This document shows, one piece after another, positions 59,544 through 64,000 of a stretch of 64,000 bases of DNA. Location: assembly GCA_910579425.1 (NCBI GenBank), contig CAJTVL010000016.1, positions 1,458 through 65,457 of the forward strand, written 5' to 3'. Made by a program: the position numbers and the translations under genes. Under the pieces are notes generated by a model. The model was not told where the DNA came from, ran no database searches, and was given only the letters and a program-made list of their open reading frames with translations. How positions within the stretch are numbered: the stretch's first letter is position 1; every line of letters begins with the position of its first letter. The DNA comes from an uncultured Lachnospiraceae bacterium (GTDB lineage Bacteria; Bacillota; Clostridia; Lachnospirales; Lachnospiraceae).

Positions 59544-60146
59544 TCTGGCAAAGGCATTACAGCCAACACTATTACAACTGGAAGACATATTAGCAGACAG
59601 GGTATATGAAACACTGAATTATTACCTGAATCCGTGAAGTTCGTTTGCAGGATTAAACTGCAAAAAGCAATATTTACGCAGGATTCCAGCTTTTTGAAAG
59701 CCAAATTTTTATCACCCAATGGGTGAAGAAATTTGGGGCTTTAGAATCGCTGAAATCCTTGTAAAATGTGAAATCAAAGGTATTTTTATTGGATTGAACT
59801 TCACGGATTCAGGTATTATTTAAAGGATTATTATACCGGATGGACTCCATCAAGCTATAAGAGGACAGAAGATTTCCTGCGGTCAGCGGTGAAGGTAGAC
59901 GCACACCCATATAAAGGCGGTGTGAAAGCAAGCGTATATATCGACTATGAAAGTATGGATGATTATGTGAATGCAACCGGATTTCAGGTGGCTACCTGGG
60001 CGAACCAAGGCAAACATGGAGGCTTATCGGTGAAACATAAGCCGCATGTGTGGGATGATACCATGGATCAAACTGTAAATAATGGCACCTTATTAAAAAT
60101 GGCGATCCAGTATTTGAAGAGCCAGGGAATATCGGTGAGAAATTAG
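59515..60146 (+). pseudogene. phage-like protein interrupted by MITE
   Basis: Removing 59625-59813 plus one TATTA copy fuses ATG 59515 in frame with ORF 59889-60146 (145 aa). Confidence 0.8.
59625..59813. mobile_element. 189-bp MITE with IS1380-like ends
   Basis: Perfect 18-bp TIR CCTGAATCCGTGAAGTTC / GAACTTCACGGATTCAGG; 5-bp duplication TATTA on both flanks; no coding capacity. Confidence 0.9.
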
Positions 60147-60159
60147 GAGGACTGAATAA

Positions 60160-60456
60160 ATGTCAGTATTGAAGAAAGAATTTATAGACAGGATGGCAGA
60201 AACAGGTGGCATTACAAAGAAAGCAGCAAGAGAAGGGCTTGAATTGTTTATTGAAACCCTGATAGATTGTATGAATGAAGGTGAAAAAGTGATGTTCAAT
60301 AACTTTGGAAGGTTTGAGATGAAAACACTGGAAGGAAGAAAGGGAAGATTGCCATTTGGAGGCGAGTGCATTATACCAGAGCATAAGAAGATGAAGTTTT
60401 ATCCAAGCAGGGAATTATCCAAAAAGATTGAGGAAATGCAGAGGGAGGAAGAATAA
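60160..60456 (+). CDS. HU/IHF family DNA-binding protein (element-borne)
   Basis: KKEFIDRMAE...GEKVMFNNFGRFE...IPEHKKMKFYPSRELSKKI; AGGAGG RBS. Confidence 0.9.
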   Translation: MSVLKKEFIDRMAETGGITKKAAREGLELFIETLIDCMNEGEKVMFNNFGRFEMKTLEGRKGRLPFGGECIIPEHKKMKFYPSRELSKKIEEMQREEE

Positions 60457-60516
60457 TTACATATGGAAGCCCTCAATAGTTCCATTTGATAAAAATTCGT
60501 ATAGGAGAGATATTAT

Positions 60517-60810
60517 ATGCAGTTCAAAGAATTAGAATGGAAAGATATTATATCGGATGGAGTAACCGTATGCAGCCATTGTGAAATTAATTTATGCGGT
60601 GTAATTAAGATAGAATTCAGGATTAACCATGAATCCAAAGAAAACAAATATTATCTGTATTGTTTTGGTAAAGGTAGTCTCAGGAGATTGTAACCAGAAA
60701 GGTATGATTCTGTAGAATTAGCTAAGAATGCGGCGTACAGGATATACAGTAATGAGATGGCGAGGATAAAGAAAGCGGTTGATTATCTGGTGGCAGATGA
60801 TTGCTATTAG
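60517..60810 (+). pseudogene. phage-like hypothetical gene with internal TAA
   Basis: AGGAG RBS, 58 codons, TAA at 60691-60693, then 38 more sense codons in frame to TAG 60810. Confidence 0.65.
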
Positions 60811-61056
60811 TGGACTGCTGCCGCATGGTAAAAATAAGTATTGAAAATGATTCCCCATATAGTTGGGGAATTAAATAAAAGATGTTTGTCTTTACAAGGT
60901 AAGCAATCTGTAATACCAAAATTCAAGAAATTCTAACAACTATTAACTGTTTCGATTGTGCAAGTCTGCACAATAATTCCATTAAATGAAAATTGATTAT
61001 AGAAAGATTATAAGCAAGGGGCTTAAAAGTTTTAAGACCCATTAGTGAACTAAAGC

Positions 61057-61086
61057 AAAGGACTGAATGAAATGTTCAGTCCTTTT
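61057..61086 (+). terminator. intrinsic terminator
   Basis: AAAGGACTGAA-TGAAATG-TTCAGTCCTTTT. Confidence 0.7.
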
Positions 61087-61208
61087 AAAAATAGAAGATT
61101 AATTATGTGATGTCCCAAAATGGAAAGTCACATAAAAAGAGAAAAGGAAATTATAAATGTAGAAGTATTATTCTGATGATTATTTTTAACTAACGGAGGT
61201 CTATTTTT

Positions 61209-61418
61209 ATGAGCAGCAAAAAGTACGCATACAACTATGACATTGAAGAGTGCAACCAGTTATTTAAAAGGGGAGTATTCCCTATTGGATGTGGCAAGCA
61301 TGACAAGACAGGGAATGTCTTTTTAGTATTTTGTGTAAACAGCAGGTATTTAAAGGTATTAAATGATATCCGTTTTCTCAATTCACAGGGTATAGAAAGT
61401 AACCGGACTCCACGTTAG
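61209..61418 (+). CDS. small hypothetical protein
   Basis: GGAGG RBS, 69 aa. Confidence 0.65.
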   Translation: MSSKKYAYNYDIEECNQLFKRGVFPIGCGKHDKTGNVFLVFCVNSRYLKVLNDIRFLNSQGIESNRTPR

Positions 61419-61606
61419 TACAAAAAATTGCTTTCTACACTTGAAAAAATCGAGTGGTTGGTACAAAAAAATGTACTAACGTGAAGTGCTATTAGTAATT
61501 ATAAATGATTATTAAAAAAAGACTTAACATCACTTGCATAAGCAAGATGATAGATATTTTTATGTTTTGCTACTGTATTATTTTTAAGGAAGGAATCTAT
61601 ATTATT

Positions 61607-62755
61607 ATGGATATATTTTTAGACAGCAAAATTATAACTGATAACAAATTGTCTTCAGATACCATTGCAGTATATACAGCATTGAGGATGATACAGAATT
61701 CAAATATTAATGAATACTACGTTAATATGAAATTATTAGCATATCAGTTGTCAAATAATCTCATATTTAGCCGTAAATATATGGAAAGGTTATCAGATGG
61801 ATTAAATGAACTTATTACAAAGAAATACATAACGATTGTAGCCAATAATGCAGATAAGGACTATATACTGGATATTAGTAATCTTATCATAAATAATCGG
61901 ACTGATGAAAATAAAGATAAAACTTTCTTTGTGGTCATTAAATCAGAAGAGATACATAAAATTATGAATTTGGATAGCCGATTGGACAAGTTCTCTATAT
62001 TGAGATATTTTATGTGTATGCTTAGTACTATAAATCATAATGCAACATACTATGATGTTATGGGAAAGGAATATTATAATTTTGTGGGTTTTATGACAAA
62101 TGATTATATAGGCTCTCTTTGCGGAGTGGCTTCTTATACTACTTATGATAAATACAATCATCTGTTAGAGGATAGTGAGCTTATTTATATTTTCAGGCAT
62201 AGTGTGATGTTGCGTGATGAAAAAGGACAGTTAAAGAATTTGCCTAATCATTATGGAAGATTTAAGGACAAGGAGTTGATTATTGGTTATGCTGTTAATA
62301 GAGAAAATTTTGAACTTGGAGAAGATGCTGTTGATAAGAGGGCAAATGAAAGCAGATCACTTATGCAGAAATATTATTGCATGATTAAATACGGAACGGA
62401 GTACCCTGAGAAAGAAGTAAGGCGTATATATAGGTATGTGCATTACAGGAACCAACAGAATGAGAAGAATTATAGACAGGCAATAGAGAAAGGCTATTCT
62501 GGTGAAGAATTTCTTGATAAGATTGTTCCAGAAGATATTTTCTATAAATATGAGTATTTGTTTGTAAAGGATAGTTCTGTTTTTGGGAATGTTAATACTG
62601 GAAGCATAGTATCTAATGATAACTGGGGAGAGCCTGTTTCAATGGAGCATGATTTCTCTATAGAAGAAATGCTGGATATGCCTACAGAGGGTGAGGTTCA
62701 GAATGAACCTACCATGGCAAATATAAATTGTGCGGGACAGGATGAATTATGCTAA
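61607..62755 (+). CDS. hypothetical protein, possible winged-helix replication initiator
   Basis: Two wHTH-like segments (IAVYTAL...GLNELITKKYI; IGSLCGVASYTTYDKYNHLLEDSELIYI) and an acidic tail; AAGGAAGG RBS. Confidence 0.55.
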   Translation: MDIFLDSKIITDNKLSSDTIAVYTALRMIQNSNINEYYVNMKLLAYQLSNNLIFSRKYMERLSDGLNELITKKYITIVANNADKDYILDISNLIINNRTDENKDKTFFVVIKSEEIHKIMNLDSRLDKFSILRYFMCMLSTINHNATYYDVMGKEYYNFVGFMTNDYIGSLCGVASYTTYDKYNHLLEDSELIYIFRHSVMLRDEKGQLKNLPNHYGRFKDKELIIGYAVNRENFELGEDAVDKRANESRSLMQKYYCMIKYGTEYPEKEVRRIYRYVHYRNQQNEKNYRQAIEKGYSGEEFLDKIVPEDIFYKYEYLFVKDSSVFGNVNTGSIVSNDNWGEPVSMEHDFSIEEMLDMPTEGEVQNEPTMANINCAGQDELC

Positions 62756-63703
62756 GTGGTGTTACGAAATAATTTCGTAACTCCCAAAATAGAAACTGAT
62801 TATATAGAGGCGGATAATAAATCTCACGGCGGAAAAATCCCTTGTGAGTTATTTTGCGTTACTAGAAATGATTCAGATTATATTGATATAGAGGATTTAT
62901 ATTAATGGCTTCGACAAAACTGACGGAGCCGATTATAAGTAGTATTTCACGGCATATCTATAAATGGGTAACTTTCAGCGATTAGTCCGATTGGAAGGGG
63001 TATGAATCAAAAGGTCAAAATGGCCTCTTGAACCGTATTCCCATAGTGGGCATTCGATAATTTCATTTCACGATTTCGATTCAAACAGATTCCGTAAAAG
63101 TGGAAAGTGTTGTCCGCTGTGGACAATAGTTGTGACTTTATGACACAACTGCTGCCGGTATATATTATCAGGGTATCTGCAATCCTTCGTAGTTCCGTGG
63201 GACGGTGGTTCCCCACGAGAAACTGGTGTTGTTGGATTTTCAACGATTAGACGAATCGGGCGAAAGATTTCTAATTCTCACAAGATGTGAGGTCTCAAAT
63301 AGAAAGCCATTTCTTAAAATCTTCTCTGAACACCCTTGTTAGTTAAATAAATAGAGAGTTTATATCATTTACAGGCAAAATAAGCTAATTAATTTCAATA
63401 TATGGGCTATTGGGGGAAGATAGTAGCAATGGGTTTAAACCAATCGCTTGTAAAGATCGCAAGCAAACGTTTTAAAAGGTTTGGTCTTGTATTCTCCACA
63501 AGTGGGGAAGTCAGTGTTCCCCGTTTTGGAGCCGTTATCTCATGGTTTCGTAAAATTGAGATGCCGCCAATTTTGGCGTAAACCTACAACTGAATATTGG
63601 ATTATATCAGGGAGCCTTATTCTGGACTCTCTTTTTAGTGTCCCTTATCTTGGGGGTGCTGTCTATTATCATATCGAAATTGAAAGGAAGTATATAAGTA
63701 AAA

Positions 63704-64000
63704 ATGGTCAGTAAGAAGAAATTAGAACAGAGAAAAGAATTTAAAGAATATCTATCCATAGCAGATAAACGTGTATTGGATATTAAGAAATCAGGAATAG
63801 AACTGATTGCTGATGATGAAGTATTTGTGTTGGTAAATGGTACAAATAATTACTGGATTAGCAATCATGGGAGAATGGTAAATAATCTGCATGGTAATTT
63901 CTATATGCACAAAACAGGCTATGCACATTTTACACTTAGCGGTACTGAAAAGAAGATAGAAACATATACAGATAAGTTAGTAGCAGAGCATTTCCTTGAA
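63704..64000 (+). CDS. NUMOD4-motif protein (HNH endonuclease-like), truncated by window end
   Basis: EVFVLVNGTNNYWISNHGRMV and KLVAEHFL; AAAGGAAG RBS; frame open to 64000. Confidence 0.7.
   Translation, partial: MVSKKKLEQRKEFKEYLSIADKRVLDIKKSGIELIADDEVFVLVNGTNNYWISNHGRMVNNLHGNFYMHKTGYAHFTLSGTEKKIETYTDKLVAEHFLE

Larger units (their letters stand above)
58894..64000. mobile_element. left end of integrated prophage-like element (continues beyond window)
   Basis: tRNA-derived att, tandem TTTGATAGGT x2 (58968-58987), AT-rich, HU-like, cold-shock, wHTH and NUMOD4 genes. Confidence 0.8.

Noticed and set aside
60517..62905. stop-codon reassignment in the phage-like region
   Set aside because: The interruptions are TAA, which also ends the neighbouring intact HU gene; known phage recoding involves TAG or TGA
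62756..63600. CRISPR or other guide-RNA array
   Set aside because: No repeated unit of constant sequence or period, and no cas or Nop-domain gene in the window

Overview
This window is a moderately GC-rich Bacillota chromosome segment; gene content and order point to Lachnospiraceae/Clostridia (inference). The core scaffold is ispF ... Cys T-box-cysE-cysS-mrnC-rlmB ... sigH. It is interspersed with accessory genes: esterases, an MBOAT/DHHW O-acylation trio, TetR-ABC and RND-TetR exporters, a GH43 pair, a RelE/ParE-type TA pair and several gene remnants. An AT-rich island (about 37995-42503) carries an internally deleted IS with a 10-bp target duplication and a two-gene operon: a HEPN protein plus a fused ParA/MinD-like (KGGVGRT) and second P-loop ATPase. 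This operon is the best candidate for an uncharacterised defence/conflict system. Next comes a Gram-positive glycan-utilisation locus (two-component system, ABC importer, sulfatase, AraC, GH2, GtaA/DUF4965-like protein). From about 58894 to the window end lies the left edge of an AT-rich prophage-like element integrated in a tRNA-Thr 3' end. It is decaying (an IS1380-like MITE in one gene, in-frame stops in two others) and is rich in short palindromes. All calls come from reading motifs by eye; no database searches were run.
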